From: Tetramitus jugosus
Lineage: Eukaryota; Protista; Heterolobosea
Reading direction: 5' to 3'
Assembly (NCBI GenBank): GCA_937625935.1
Contig: OW569359.1
Coordinates: forward strand, 372,001 to 436,000
Length of the DNA: 64,000 nucleotides
Within the stretch, counting starts at the first letter, position 1; every line of letters starts with the position of its first letter. The notes under the pieces are model-generated. The model made no database searches and was not told the origin of the DNA. It was given only the letters and a program-made list of their open reading frames with translations. Position numbers and translations under genes: made by a program. Below, one piece after another: positions 10,865-22,531 of this stretch.

Positions 10865-12056
10865 TTACTGGTCGAATGCAATTGTTACATCTAACAAGTG
10901 TCTCTGTTGCAAGGTTTCATACAACTTGGCAGGCATCGAACTGTGTGTGATGGAAACTGAGTAGATATGCTCCTCTTTCTGGAGTGAGGCCAAGTAGAGC
11001 AAGAATTGGTTTCCATTGGAAGTATTGGGTTGAAATAATGAAGCAAAACCCAGTTCCATTTGAATATGGGAGTTAAGCACTGTCCAATGTAGAGTCGAAC
11101 AATCCAGGAAATAAAATATAACCTCCGCAGTGTCGCTTTGTTTCAATACAACAATTTTTGGTTCCGAACCTTTGATCAGGGCTACAATGGGTTGCTGTGA
11201 TTCTCTGGAGCACGCGGGCGCTTTTCCTGTTGCTCTAACTTCCTGCCAACTTTGCCTTTGTTTACTCAAGTCAAATGTCCAAATATCATCAAGAGTACCG
11301 CCCGAGCCACGTCCACCGTACAACAATAACTTTTGTTGACTTCTCAAGTGAACCAGAGTCGAGTTGGATCGAGAACTTGGCTGAGTGGTCGAATTAATTT
11401 TTCTCCAGGACTTTGATTGGATATCATATCGATGAAACTTATCAACATAGTTTGAGCGAACGGACAAGCCACCAAATGCAAACAAGCAAGGTCCCCCTTG
11501 ATAACTATCATCTGCATCCAATGGTTCTGTCATATCACAATACTCTAGACTCGGGTGTTCGACTCTTGGAGGATCTACTGCAACTTTTGAGGTCTTAACA
11601 ACATTCCACACTTTCCCCCAAGGATTAAATTGTTGTAGGCGATTCACTGGACAAGTATAACCAAATGTTTCTTCCGATCCTCCGTACCAATATACCCTCC
11701 CTCCATCAGAAACAATCGTCTGCTTTCCTCTGTGATATAAACAAACTTAAACATTATAGATAGATAGATCGGTGACAAACAATATTTGCGTTCCCTTACG
11801 TTGCAGTCATTATTTCGTCATTGCTTTTCAACGACTTCACCTCCTGCCACTTCATGTTCTCCATGTCCAATTCGTACAACAATGGTCCTCTCAATTCTGA
11901 GCAGAAGCCATGATATAAGAAATACCAGGAAGTCTCGCATTGATAAGCTAGGAGACAAGAATGGTCTAGCTCTCTCATTCTTGCTGGAGTCATTTTATTC
12001 CAGTTCTCCAAACAACATGTAATGTCCTCCAAAATCAAGGACTGTCCATTATTCAT
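10865..12056 (-). CDS. Kelch-repeat protein, 2 exons (intron ~11730-11799)
   Basis: LFAFGG and LLLYGG kelch blades with W/Y spacing; upstream exon 12056-11800 ends at GTAAG. Confidence 0.65.
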
Positions 12057-12186
12057 GGCAGGGCAGGTCTTTGTTTTTCGTTGTTTTGGGTTCGTTTTCT
12101 TGGAGAGAAAGAGTTTGGGTACATATTTTTGAGTTCGTGTGGTGGAAAGTTGTCACTTTTACCAACATAATTGCTCAAGCAACACC

Positions 12187-12724
12187 TTACATGAATGTGC
12201 ATTTGTCTGATTTGATGGAATGTGCTTGCGTATTATTGGTTCGATATCGTCTCACTAGTTCAAAAAACACTTGATCAATATTCTCTGTCGTCAGTGCAGA
12301 GCACTCCATAAAACCCATTTTCCTGGATTTTGCCCTCCTGTGTCGATATCACTCTCTCCGAGTTCAAATCCAACTTGTTTCCCACTAGTAGAACCGATAG
12401 TTGACCATCATCGTCCACATCTCTCACGCGCAGAATCTCTTCCCACAAACGATCAATCTCCTCAAACGAGTCACGGTCAGTGATCGAGTATAGGAGCAAG
12501 AAACACTGTGCACTTCGTAAGGCCTGGTGAGTCATGGCTATATACTCACCTGGTTCATCAATATCGAGCGCAGTCACTACGCACAGGACTTGATCGACAA
12601 TGATGGACCTCCTCAGAGCATCTTCGTACTGTGGCACTAACGTGCGGTAAAAGAATTGGTGGGCACACGAGGTTTTGCCCACAATTGCTTTTCCCCAAAT
12701 GCCAACATGAAGTTCTTCAATCAT
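12187..12724 (-). pseudogene. Ras-family GTPase paralog with frameshift near 12325
   Basis: GKAIVGKT, FLLLYSIT, VGNKLD; the G5 box (MECSA) and CaaX (CTFM stop at 12187) lie in another frame. Confidence 0.75.
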
Positions 12725-12817
12725 TCAGAGTAACCAGGTGCTGTAATACTTTTTTTGGATGTCTGGTTTTTGGTTTTGACTTCTGGGGAACGGAGTTGTT
12801 GTCGTGTTCGTATGTAT

Positions 12818-13396
12818 TTATTGCACGGAGCACTTGTTCGATCTCGTGTTGTGAGGTTTCAGGGCGCGAGCGATGGCTCGGTGTTGTCTGACGAGAGAGT
12901 AGTAACTCTCTTCAATGTTAATTCTTGTCTTGGCAGAGCTCTCCATGTACTGCATTCCTCTTTCTCTACAAAACTTGTTAATCTCTTGCGCTGATACAGC
13001 TCTATTGGACTCCATGTCAATCTTGGTGCCAACGACAATCATGGGCACCTGGTCAACAACATCACCCCGCAAGCGCAGAATATCATCCCAATACGTATCA
13101 AGCGTTTGAAACGATTCATGGTTATTGATTGCAAACATGAGCATGAAGCAGTGTGCATTTTGAATGGCTTGCTCTTTCATCGCCAGATACTCATCTGAAT
13201 CTAAATCGACGAGAATGTCACTCTCCACTAAACAAGCCTCGTTATCCACAACACACTGCTTTCTCTGAGGATCAAAGTCACCAAGTGCAGGGTCATAGCC
13301 ACAATCTCTAAACACATGCTGAACGAATTGAAGCTGATGAGCCACTTTTCCAACATCTGGAAAGCCCACGAGTAACACACGGATATCACTTGACAT
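12818..13396 (-). CDS. Divergent Ras-family small GTPase
   Basis: GFPDVGK, RKQCVVD, VGTKID, MESSAK, C-terminal CaaX CSVQ. Confidence 0.88.
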   Translation of the reverse strand: MSSDIRVLLVGFPDVGKVAHQLQFVQHVFRDCGYDPALGDFDPQRKQCVVDNEACLVESDILVDLDSDEYLAMKEQAIQNAHCFMLMFAINNHESFQTLDTYWDDILRLRGDVVDQVPMIVVGTKIDMESNRAVSAQEINKFCRERGMQYMESSAKTRINIEESYYSLVRQHRAIARALKPHNTRSNKCSVQ

Positions 13397-13558
13397 GTTC
13401 CGTTCACTTCCTTGGTTTTCTTCGACAGTAGGATAATTACCATTCTCCGCTATTCGTCATCCGACTTCCCCTGAGATAAAAAATCTGCGTGTTCCGCCGC
13501 TGGTTCAAGCGACCATCATCCTTTTTTTCTGAAAACCGAACACATTCCATTGATCATC

Positions 13559-14332
13559 ATGTCCAGCTCTAGAATTGGTTTATTGTTGCTGTGTTGCTTC
13601 CTCTTTGTTGCTTGTGCCTCTGTTTGTGCCTTGAATGCTAGATTTGTGCCTCAAAAGTACTTGTTGGCAGCTGCTGGTCACGTAAAGCCAAATGTGATGC
13701 GTATCATGAAACAGCACGCACGTTTGCATCATTTGGGTGATGATGCTGCTCAACAACAACTTGTTGCTCGTCGTCGTTTCCAATCAATGAACCCAACATT
13801 GATTCAAGAAGCACAACGAAGAAGAAGAAAATTCTTGTTGTTGTCGAAGCAAAAGCAAGCTACAAAGGAGTTGTTGAACAAGTCTGTGAATCAAGTGTTG
13901 AGAGAAGCAAAATTACTCACAAAAAAATTGAACAAGGCTGTTGCCGCCAAAAAACAACAGCTACAGCAACCAGAAGATGAAAAGCTTAGCGACAGTAATC
14001 GCTTGTTTGCCGATAGAATTTTGCCATTTGAGCCAAGACAAGTTGAACAAGAGGAAGTAGAATCCAGAAGTGATCAAAGAATCTTGTCAGACAACATTGA
14101 CTGGGTTGACAATGGAGAAGACCAAGACAGCTCTGTTTTGTCCATGAACGATGCTCCAATCACAACAAAGGCTGATCAAGAAGATGCTCAGTCTGATTCT
14201 GATTTGTTGATTATGACCAATGGTTGTTCAATGTGCAAGATCAAGTGCAACGCAGATGCAAGTGTTGGAAGATGCTTGAGTGCTTGTGCTGCTTCTGCCG
14301 CTTGCAAGTTCCAGGATAATGTCGCTTTCTAA
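13559..14332 (+). CDS. Secreted protein with Cys-rich C-terminus, unknown function
   Basis: Signal peptide after ATG 13559; C-terminal CxxCxxxC...CxxxCxxxxxC. Confidence 0.65.
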   Translation: MSSSRIGLLLLCCFLFVACASVCALNARFVPQKYLLAAAGHVKPNVMRIMKQHARLHHLGDDAAQQQLVARRRFQSMNPTLIQEAQRRRRKFLLLSKQKQATKELLNKSVNQVLREAKLLTKKLNKAVAAKKQQLQQPEDEKLSDSNRLFADRILPFEPRQVEQEEVESRSDQRILSDNIDWVDNGEDQDSSVLSMNDAPITTKADQEDAQSDSDLLIMTNGCSMCKIKCNADASVGRCLSACAASAACKFQDNVAF

Positions 14333-14418
14333 TGAATCATTCATAACATTGTAATTTTAACAATCCATATTTTTTATGTTACAATTAAGTTTTTTATTAT
14401 GTATAAATTATGAGTGTG

Positions 14419-17109
14419 TTACATTAGGTTTCTGTTGGCTGTACTGTTGGTGTTGGAGGGGAAAGCGGTAGGGAACAAACTATATGCACCCATGTTATAT
14501 GTCTGATGATCTCCCGTGTTCATTGAATGAACAGTTTCTTGACTAGGGTAGTATGCGGCTTGAGCTTGATTCATGTCCATCTTTCCGCCCATTGTAGGAC
14601 TTTGATTTTGTTGTTGTTGTTGTTGCTGTACATTGGCCATCATTGCATTCGATGATTGGCCACTTTGGAAGGTAGATTGTGGATATTCTTGATGATACCA
14701 GCCTGATGGCGCTACACCAGGGGCTGTTTGCTTAAGTTGAATCCTGGTTGTTCCTGGTGTTAATGGAGTGAGAGCATCTTGACTGGTTGTCTGTCTTGAT
14801 GTTCCACTGCTCGTATTACTACTGTTGCTAATGTATGGTGCACTTGCGATGGTCCATGCTCCTGGCATTGCATAGTTAGCAGAGGCCGGACTTGGTCCCA
14901 TTTGACCCATGACATCTAAGCCAGGTGCTGCTGCCATTGGATTATTGACAGCAGAGTTGTTGATCTTCATGCCACCAAAGATACCCATCTTGAATCCCAT
15001 TAACAAGAGTCGATAGTCATCAGGATTTCTAATGTAGGCATGAGAGTCTTCCAACATGTGTCTAATGTCAGCATCCTCCTTTGCCATGTAGTTCATGATC
15101 TGAACATAGCCATCATATGTTCCATCATCACCTGACAAGATTGTCTGTTGAAGCAATGGTGGAAGTATACCAGAGGGAACTGTGGATGTGCTCGTACCAC
15201 CCATAACACTTGATCTTCCCGCATCAGGGGCAGATGATACATTGGGCATACTTTGAGCACCCATCATATTGGGAAGACCAAACAAATTGGTGGTATCAGT
15301 GGTGACACTCGTTGGCACTGCTTGGCCAATGTTGGATTGTTGTTGGACCTTCTTGCCTGTAATCGCTGAACTAGGAGTAGTGGCAGATGCACTACCACTT
15401 GAGCTCTTGTTGACACCAATGCTCGCAAAGGCAGATCCAACGGCAATAGGCTCGCCACCAGTAGCCGAAGCTGGTTTCTTGTTTTTCATTTGTTCAGAGT
15501 TGATACCTGAGAGTGAAGCATTGGCGATTGAACGATCACTTGGTACAGTGGCACTCGATGTTGAAATGTTGGATGAGGAGGAGATATTCGTGGATGGAGT
15601 GGCAGAGGTTAAGGAGCTGGACGAGGAGGGCATGTTTGGTTGCTGTGAGCCATACTGTTTCTTGATTTGGAGTCTGTACTTCTGTAGGTGACTCTTGATA
15701 TGCTCCGTTGTAAGATAGGGAACATTCATGTATTGGTGGATGGTCTTGGGAGCGGCATTGTTCACTCCCAAGTGATGCACAGCCTCGATAAACATGTTGT
15801 GAAGCTCTGGAGTCCACGTAAGACGCTTCTTCTTGGAGTCTGCCTTGCTCTTCTTTCCTCCACTCTCCATGTCTTCCAAGGTTGGAGTACTGCTCAGTGC
15901 ATTCTGTTGTTTCTTTGCCATAGTAGCAGGACTCATCGATCGTCGACCAGAGGAATCTTGTCCATCATCAGGCATTTTCAAGTTGGCAGGAGGTGGAGGA
16001 GGAATACCAATTGTCGCACCACCCATGATTGGTGCTGCCAAACCAGTAGCCGTTGGAGTTGAAGTTGCCGATGAAGTGGCCATTGCATCGCGCGGAACCG
16101 AGTCAAGCGACGCAGTCGATGATGACGCATTGAGATTGGATTCTGTCAAGTTTGGATGATTGAAGGAGCTCAAGGAAGGAAAATCACCCAACAGTGAAAG
16201 TGAAAGCTTTGGTCTCTTTGCAAACAAAAAGTCATCTTCATCGTCAGTCATCATTGACATGGACATACCGGTGGAGTCTGTGCTAAAGGACCTCATTCTC
16301 TTAATACCGTGAGGTGCACTGTCCGATGGTCCAAGAATCGACTGACCCATCATTTGTTGTTGTTGGTCTTGGTTGTGTTGACTGTCTCCCACTGCACCTG
16401 TAGAGTTAGCAGAGTCCTTTGAAGAGCTTGAGGAAGAAGTGGCTTGTTCACCTGAAACGTTGGGAGACGAAGGTCTTGAGGAGGGACCAGTGAGACCTAC
16501 GAGGTCACTGCTCGATAGCTCTGAAATACTGGACAAGTGATCATCCCAATTGTGATGATGATCGTCATCATGATGAAAGTCTGGTAGTTTGTGGTCTTCT
16601 TGGCCTTGCTGCATTTGTTGCTCTTGCTGCTGCTGCTGCTGCTGTTGTTGTTGCTCTTGTGGAGTCAAGTCTTTGGAAACTTTGGAAGCAATTTCTTCAT
16701 CTTGAGGATAATGATTCAAATCGAGCTCGTGCACTGGATGTCTATCTTTCTCATCATGGTGGTGATCGTCGTGATGGTGAAACATCATCATGTGATCATC
16801 GTGGTGGTGATCATGGGAGTGAGCGTGGGAAAACAAGTGATCTATAGGATCATGGTGATGATGAGCATGTGACTGCAGGCTTATGTCATTGGAGTGCATC
16901 GTATGATGGTTGTGTTGGTCATGGTCGTTGTTGTTGTTGTCAGTTGGAAGTGAACGTGCTGCGGTTGAGCTCTTACTTCCTACCTGGCTGCCTGTCTCGT
17001 TGTAATCAATATTCCTATCCACATTGTTGCTATTGCTGCCGCTGGTCAACTGATTCATCTCTTCTTCAGTCATATTGACTGACTTGTCCATATCTTCGTT
17101 GGTGTCCAT
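14419..17109 (-). CDS. GARP/SHAQKYF-class Myb-like transcription factor
   Basis: RLTWTPELHNMFIEAVHHLG...APKTI...HIKSHLQKYRL inside long H/Q/S-rich regions. Confidence 0.92.
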   Translation of the reverse strand: MDTNEDMDKSVNMTEEEMNQLTSGSNSNNVDRNIDYNETGSQVGSKSSTAARSLPTDNNNNDHDQHNHHTMHSNDISLQSHAHHHHDPIDHLFSHAHSHDHHHDDHMMMFHHHDDHHHDEKDRHPVHELDLNHYPQDEEIASKVSKDLTPQEQQQQQQQQQQEQQMQQGQEDHKLPDFHHDDDHHHNWDDHLSSISELSSSDLVGLTGPSSRPSSPNVSGEQATSSSSSSKDSANSTGAVGDSQHNQDQQQQMMGQSILGPSDSAPHGIKRMRSFSTDSTGMSMSMMTDDEDDFLFAKRPKLSLSLLGDFPSLSSFNHPNLTESNLNASSSTASLDSVPRDAMATSSATSTPTATGLAAPIMGGATIGIPPPPPANLKMPDDGQDSSGRRSMSPATMAKKQQNALSSTPTLEDMESGGKKSKADSKKKRLTWTPELHNMFIEAVHHLGVNNAAPKTIHQYMNVPYLTTEHIKSHLQKYRLQIKKQYGSQQPNMPSSSSSLTSATPSTNISSSSNISTSSATVPSDRSIANASLSGINSEQMKNKKPASATGGEPIAVGSAFASIGVNKSSSGSASATTPSSAITGKKVQQQSNIGQAVPTSVTTDTTNLFGLPNMMGAQSMPNVSSAPDAGRSSVMGGTSTSTVPSGILPPLLQQTILSGDDGTYDGYVQIMNYMAKEDADIRHMLEDSHAYIRNPDDYRLLLMGFKMGIFGGMKINNSAVNNPMAAAPGLDVMGQMGPSPASANYAMPGAWTIASAPYISNSSNTSSGTSRQTTSQDALTPLTPGTTRIQLKQTAPGVAPSGWYHQEYPQSTFQSGQSSNAMMANVQQQQQQQNQSPTMGGKMDMNQAQAAYYPSQETVHSMNTGDHQTYNMGAYSLFPTAFPSNTNSTANRNLM

Positions 17110-17658
17110 TGTGTCTACACGCGTTGAGTATTGGTTGATTGTATCCGTTTTTGTGAAATCGTTATGTTTCTGATCGTTGAAAAATTTTCTCGATTAATCA
17201 ACTAACCACAGTTGCTATGAACAGAGTTGTAAAGGAAAGATTTACAGTAAGTGTGTTGAATGGAAGGAGTTGACTGAGAGTGGTGTGAGTGATTCGATTC
17301 CAGGTCTCGTAGTAATGATCGTTTGGATACGCTTCAACGAAAGGTTCAGGTTGGTTTCTTTTTGAATGATAAGGAATATTCGTCTACTTGAATAAGTTGC
17401 GGTTGAAAGTTGCGTCTCGCAGCAAGTCATGAGTTGGATCTGAGCCGAAGCCTTCGCGTTTCGGCTTATTCCCTTTGGACCAAGAATACCAGGTTGGCCT
17501 CTTTGTTTTATATTTATATCGGTTGTAAGGGAGAGGAGATTTTTCTGCGTGTATCCTCCGAATACAGAGCAAAAAAATAGAGTGTTCAGTTTGGTTGAGG
17601 ATGTCTGAAAGGGGCACCAATACCAGTTTAGTGGAGTGTGAGTAGGTTAATTGTTCCT

Positions 17659-19598
17659 TCAAATGTTCCATCTACGAAGAGCATTGGGGATGTGACCTGT
17701 GTGCGAGACTCTATCAAATATCTTACAAGGCTCACAAGCCTCAATGCTCTTGGAGTGATTGCACCAAAAGTAGCCGGCTAAGCTGTATGCACTTCCACCA
17801 CTGATATGAATAGAAAGATTGAAATTGTTAACTATAGTTCGACATGTACACAAAAGTGTGTCGCTTACCCCCAGTTGAGCAAAGCCAAGAGAGCTGAGAA
17901 AAGAAGGAAGAATGACACAACAGACTTGATGCTTCCTGTAGTACGAGGTGGCTTCTTGCAAATCTTGAGTAGTCTGATCTTGTCCAGATAGAGCTCTACG
18001 ATACTGGCAATGGCTCCTACAAATGGCATCATGGGGAAGGCAGGCATTCCGCAATACACGACATATTGTCTATATATGAGTTCAAGATACTCCTCTGCTA
18101 CATCAAATTCTGGTCTTTTTTCATCGTCAGATTTGTCGCCCTTCCTCTTCAACTTGAACAGAATAAGAGGCAAGAAGAATTCAATTCCATTGAAGACGAC
18201 CAAGTCGAGCAAAATCTGAATCAAGTACTGATTGCCCAATACCGTTAAGATACATGGAGTAGCAAAAAACCCCTTGGCAAAACCCATGATGAACACACTA
18301 ATCAATTTAAAGAAAAGGAGTTTGAAGGTGTTATGTGCTCTGAATGTAGACCACGTTCTATGCTTCTCGAATCTAGTTAATTTGGAGCACAGTAACCCCC
18401 AGAGATAATTTGTGACACCAATAATTGCCGATATTCCAAACGAAATAGGTGTTAGAATCAACTGATTCGAAGATATGACATCTTTCTCTGATGTGGCAAC
18501 ACCAATTACTTTGTAGATGGCAGTGAAATTTTGAAGAAATGTCAAACCAGCAACAACTACTAGCTGTACCAGAAGCAATAAGAGAAAGATACTATAGCTC
18601 CCCGCAAAGCGCCATACTCTGTTGATCTTTCCAATTGCTAAGTTCTCCTCAATTGCATCTGCCTCCTCAGTTGCAAATGCTTCTTCATGGTCAAATAGTT
18701 CTCTCTTCTTGAAACTCCAATGTGTTTTTAACCAATAGAAAGGCCCGTAAAGGAAACTGAAAAGAATTGCAGCAATATTTGTTCCTCTCCAGATCCATAC
18801 TAATTTAGAAGAGTAATTCGAGGCGTACAAAATTTCAGTGAGAATTCCAAACGACAAGTTGCTAAGTTCCGAAAGAATCATGTCCAAGTCATAACCAATG
18901 TAGGCAAAAAAATTTCCTGATTGAAGGAGCATCAGGATTGCATTGACCACCACTAATGACTTTGCAAAATCAAAATACAACCTGATTCCTAAGCCATAAT
19001 GCTCTTCAATCTCATCCCACTTTGCAAAAATACTTAATCGTTCTCTTGCTTTCGCATGTTCCTCTTCTGCTTTCTCGTCGTCTTCTTTGACCAGAAAGGG
19101 CTGTCCCTTTGCTGTTCGGCATACTTTGTATCCTGGAGGTATAACTGTGTGACCTGCGTGTTTAAAGAAAGGATTCAAACCCATTGCCCCACTGACCCAA
19201 AATCCATTTTCTTGAATCCTTTGCGAAGCGAGCATCATGTGTGGATCCTCATAGTGAGGAGGTTGAATAGTATACAGTTGTTCAGGATCAATATCTGGGG
19301 ATGATAGATGATTTCTAGAATTTACAACATGAGAGTAAACATTAGAATTCTGAGTTGGATTTGGTGTCTCTGTCGAGAAAGGCAAGGTAGTTGAATCGAT
19401 AGTGTTAGGGTTCACCACTGTCGATGAGTTCTCATATCCTTGAGCAGAAAACGATATTTCCCCAATAGTAGTGTTCTTCAGTTCGAAGGCACCACTCTTT
19501 ACTCTAGGGTACAGTTGAGTGTAGCGAGGAAGTGCCTCATCTTTAACGAGTGATGAATCGTCTGGTTCATCCATGGTTATCTTCCTCTTCTTCCCCAT
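17659..19598 (-). CDS. TMC/anoctamin-superfamily multi-pass membrane protein (3' intron ~17802-17867; start uncertain)
   Basis: YGLGIRLYFDF, LTRFEKHRTWS, KRPEFDVAEEYLELIYRQY; frame breaks at a GTAAG donor and resumes GGSAYSLAG. Confidence 0.8.
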
Positions 19599-19911
19599 GA
19601 TCTCAATAGTACAGTTCCTCTGACCTGAGATCAAGATTGGTTTAGCAACTGAGCGAGTATGTGACGTGCTTGGAACAATGTTGGATGTTTGAAATACGTA
19701 AAGAAAGAATAAGAGGATGATGGACAAAAGAACAATGGTCGGAGTCTCAACTGTAAAGTGTAGTCGATTGCTCCGACATTCGTTCAAACCCCAAAAGGAA
19801 ATTGTGCAGACCAAACCAAGTTTCATCGAGTCGAGGGACTAAGGAATTGACGTTGTTACTCCATATTCTTCTACGAACTGTTTTGTTGAGCTGTTTTATT
19901 GTGTTAGCAAA

Positions 19912-20706
19912 TTACACCAACTTTTGAGCTATCGTTGCGACATGTTTTCCTTGGAAGACTGCCATCCTCAGTTCAGCTTCCGATGGCATTCGACTTCCAT
20001 CTCCTCCTGTTATCGTCGACGTACCATATGGAGTCCCACCTCTGACTTCATCGACTCCGAATTGGTCAGTGCAAGTGTAAGGCAATCCCACAACAATCAT
20101 TCCCAAGTGCATAAATGGCCTATGCATGGCAAGTATCGTTGATTCTTGACCTCCGTGTTGTGTAGCTGTCGATGTCCAGCATGAAGCAATCTTTCCTACA
20201 GCTTCATTCTTGGCCCATATCTGACCCAATGCATCCATGTAGTTTTGAATTTGAGCTGCAGGTAAACCAAATCGAGTTGGTGCTCCTACAATGACTGCGT
20301 CATACTGTGCAAATTCAGAAGGATCAGCAATAGGCACATGAGCAAAAGCTTTTTGTGCTTCGAGTGCACCCATCTTGGACAAGACACTCTCTGGAAGTGT
20401 TTCTCTCACTCTTCTGAGATCGACTTGTACGCCAGGGACTTGTGATGCTCCTTCAGCAACCTTCATTGCCATTCCATAATTGTGACCATAAGTAGAGTAA
20501 AATACAACGAGGACCTTGATTGGTTTTGGAGCAGGAGCCGCTGGAGAGCTCTTGGTTGGAGATGCATTGACCAGTTCTTGAGAAGAGCTTTCCTTGTTGT
20601 TGTTTTTCTCATTGTTGTTTTCGTTGGTAGAATTGGCTTGTTTGGCACTTGTTGGTTCCTCAATTTCCTTGTTTCCTCTGTGACATGCACTCAATTTGGC
20701 ACCCAT
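19912..20706 (-). CDS. wrbA: WrbA-type flavodoxin-like NAD(P)H:quinone oxidoreductase
   Basis: VFYSTYGH, GAPTRFG, STATQHGGQEST, GGTPYG. Confidence 0.95.
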   Translation of the reverse strand: MGAKLSACHRGNKEIEEPTSAKQANSTNENNNEKNNNKESSSQELVNASPTKSSPAAPAPKPIKVLVVFYSTYGHNYGMAMKVAEGASQVPGVQVDLRRVRETLPESVLSKMGALEAQKAFAHVPIADPSEFAQYDAVIVGAPTRFGLPAAQIQNYMDALGQIWAKNEAVGKIASCWTSTATQHGGQESTILAMHRPFMHLGMIVVGLPYTCTDQFGVDEVRGGTPYGTSTITGGDGSRMPSEAELRMAVFQGKHVATIAQKLV

Positions 20707-20730
20707 TTTAGCTCTACGGTTTATTTAGGT

Positions 20731-20737
20731 TTGTTGG

Positions 20738-20769
<32 letters not shown>

Positions 20770-20770
20770 G
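20731..20770. repeat. (GTT)n microsatellite
   Basis: Run of GTT units upstream of the wrbA start. Confidence 0.85.
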
Positions 20771-21003
20771 CTTTGTGCAAAACGACAAGACAATTTGGCT
20801 TCTCTGAAACAGCCTTGTTGTTTTGTCCGTCGTGTGAATTGCAGTAGAAAAATGGCCGATGGAGCGGGCTATTTTGGCTACTCAACCGGATACGATATCT
20901 CCTAGTGAAGAGTTTCTCCTCTATCGAAAATGGCAGTGGTAGAATCTTGAAGCGAACCTTGTCTTTGTCCCATTTGGTGTGTTGTCATCCAATAACTTCT
21001 CGC

Positions 21004-22242
21004 TTAGGTCCTAGGCCGAATAGGAACAATTTCAGGTTTGGTGACTAAAAGGTTAGCTAGACTCCAATCTGGATCCTCTCGTGGAATGCACATATTACCC
21101 TCAAGGGTATTCACTTGCCACAGGTAACCTCGATACCTCCTGAAACGTTGTTGTTTTTTGGCAGATCCAATCGCATAATTGTTATGAACAACATAGACAT
21201 CGTTGAACATGGACCTTGAAAGAGAATGATCGAAGTACAATTTCCCACTAGGAAAGAGATTCCGTGGCAAATAAGCAACAGAAAACTTTTTCTTATTCGC
21301 TGCTCTCTGAAGCATCTCTTGTTCATTGTCGTAGGTTGGGCCTCTAATTCTCTTCATCAAGCGTAAAAAGTCTCCAGCGACACCTTGCCACACATTCTTC
21401 ATTCTTTGTGTGTTTTTCAGATAAAGAAAGCCACCACAGGCCAAGTTACTTCCCTCATTTGTGCTGTCATCTTGAGCTACCATATCAAAACCTTGGTACT
21501 CTGTACTTGAAAGGAAAGGCATGGGATTTTGTAACCACACAGCGTCATTGTCTGCGAGCAGAACATTGTAGTTGTTATTGACCAGAATGCTCTCAATAAA
21601 TAACGTTCGATAGAGAATCATTCTCTGATAGGGCAATGTATGGAAAGAGAAAGCAGTTTCCTCATTGGCGCTCGAATCTCTGGCAGCTCTCTTGTCCACA
21701 TACACATTGAAAAACTGATGGTTCGTGATCAAGTCCCACGCTACTCTTGTATCATACGTGTAAACAATAATCTGATCCAACAATGACTCACCACTCTTGT
21801 CAGGCAAGTTGCGTATGCTACACATCCAATTGTACAAAAAATTGCGGAAACCGTACGTCGCTGTCGTTACAATCACTTGTTTCGATGTGTGATTTGACCA
21901 CAGCTGAGAACCGAGTGTGGGCACTGCAATGCGACTCAACTTGTCCTCCAGAGACTCCTCGAGAGCATACTTGGAGAAGAGTTCCAAATTTTGAGTGATT
22001 TGAGAGGATTGAAAAGGCGTGGACGAACTCTCCATAAACTGTTTCCACTTGTTCAACTCTTGGTTATTCCATTCGATTTCATTGAGACCAGTGGAATGAT
22101 AGCTCGAAACTGCTGACGAATGTTGCATCGATTGAGCATGCAGAGCAAGCTGTCCAACCACCGTCAGTGAATGTGATGACAACAAGAGTAACAATATGAA
22201 AATGGAATTGAACAGAATCATCATTGTAGCAGGGAATGTCAT
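21004..22242 (-). CDS. Nucleotide-diphospho-sugar transferase (GT77-like)
   Basis: N-terminal signal anchor; YNVLLADNDAVWLQNP (DxD), CGGFLY, NEQ, VVHNNY. Confidence 0.88.
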   Translation of the reverse strand: MTFPATMMILFNSIFILLLLLSSHSLTVVGQLALHAQSMQHSSAVSSYHSTGLNEIEWNNQELNKWKQFMESSSTPFQSSQITQNLELFSKYALEESLEDKLSRIAVPTLGSQLWSNHTSKQVIVTTATYGFRNFLYNWMCSIRNLPDKSGESLLDQIIVYTYDTRVAWDLITNHQFFNVYVDKRAARDSSANEETAFSFHTLPYQRMILYRTLFIESILVNNNYNVLLADNDAVWLQNPMPFLSSTEYQGFDMVAQDDSTNEGSNLACGGFLYLKNTQRMKNVWQGVAGDFLRLMKRIRGPTYDNEQEMLQRAANKKKFSVAYLPRNLFPSGKLYFDHSLSRSMFNDVYVVHNNYAIGSAKKQQRFRRYRGYLWQVNTLEGNMCIPREDPDWSLANLLVTKPEIVPIRPRT

Positions 22243-22531
22243 CGTGTTGATTGACAAATGGACAATGTCTAGTTTGATATGAAGCTGACGACAAGAACAA
22301 TTGTCTTATCCTTTGTTGTTGTTATTGATTGCTATCTCTCAGCGTTTGCTTGTTACACCTCGCAAAAGGTAGTAGAAGGGTAGTAAACTGGAAACAAAGG
22401 AATCCGTGTTGGTGACGCTCTCGGGAACCATGACTATAGAGAGGTTAGAGAGGACTCTAAATCGCACAATTATATCCTTTTGTGAGGTCAGGTATAACCT
22501 TGTCCTTTTTCGAACAAATGCGCGCGCAATG

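Noticed and set aside
10865-12056. Kelch protein as a RAG2-like partner
   Set aside because: It lies over 20 kb away, outside the element and the island, among host genes.
17440-17470. Short hairpin AGCCGAA..TTCGGCT upstream of the GARP gene
   Set aside because: No recognisable ncRNA motifs; could be chance.
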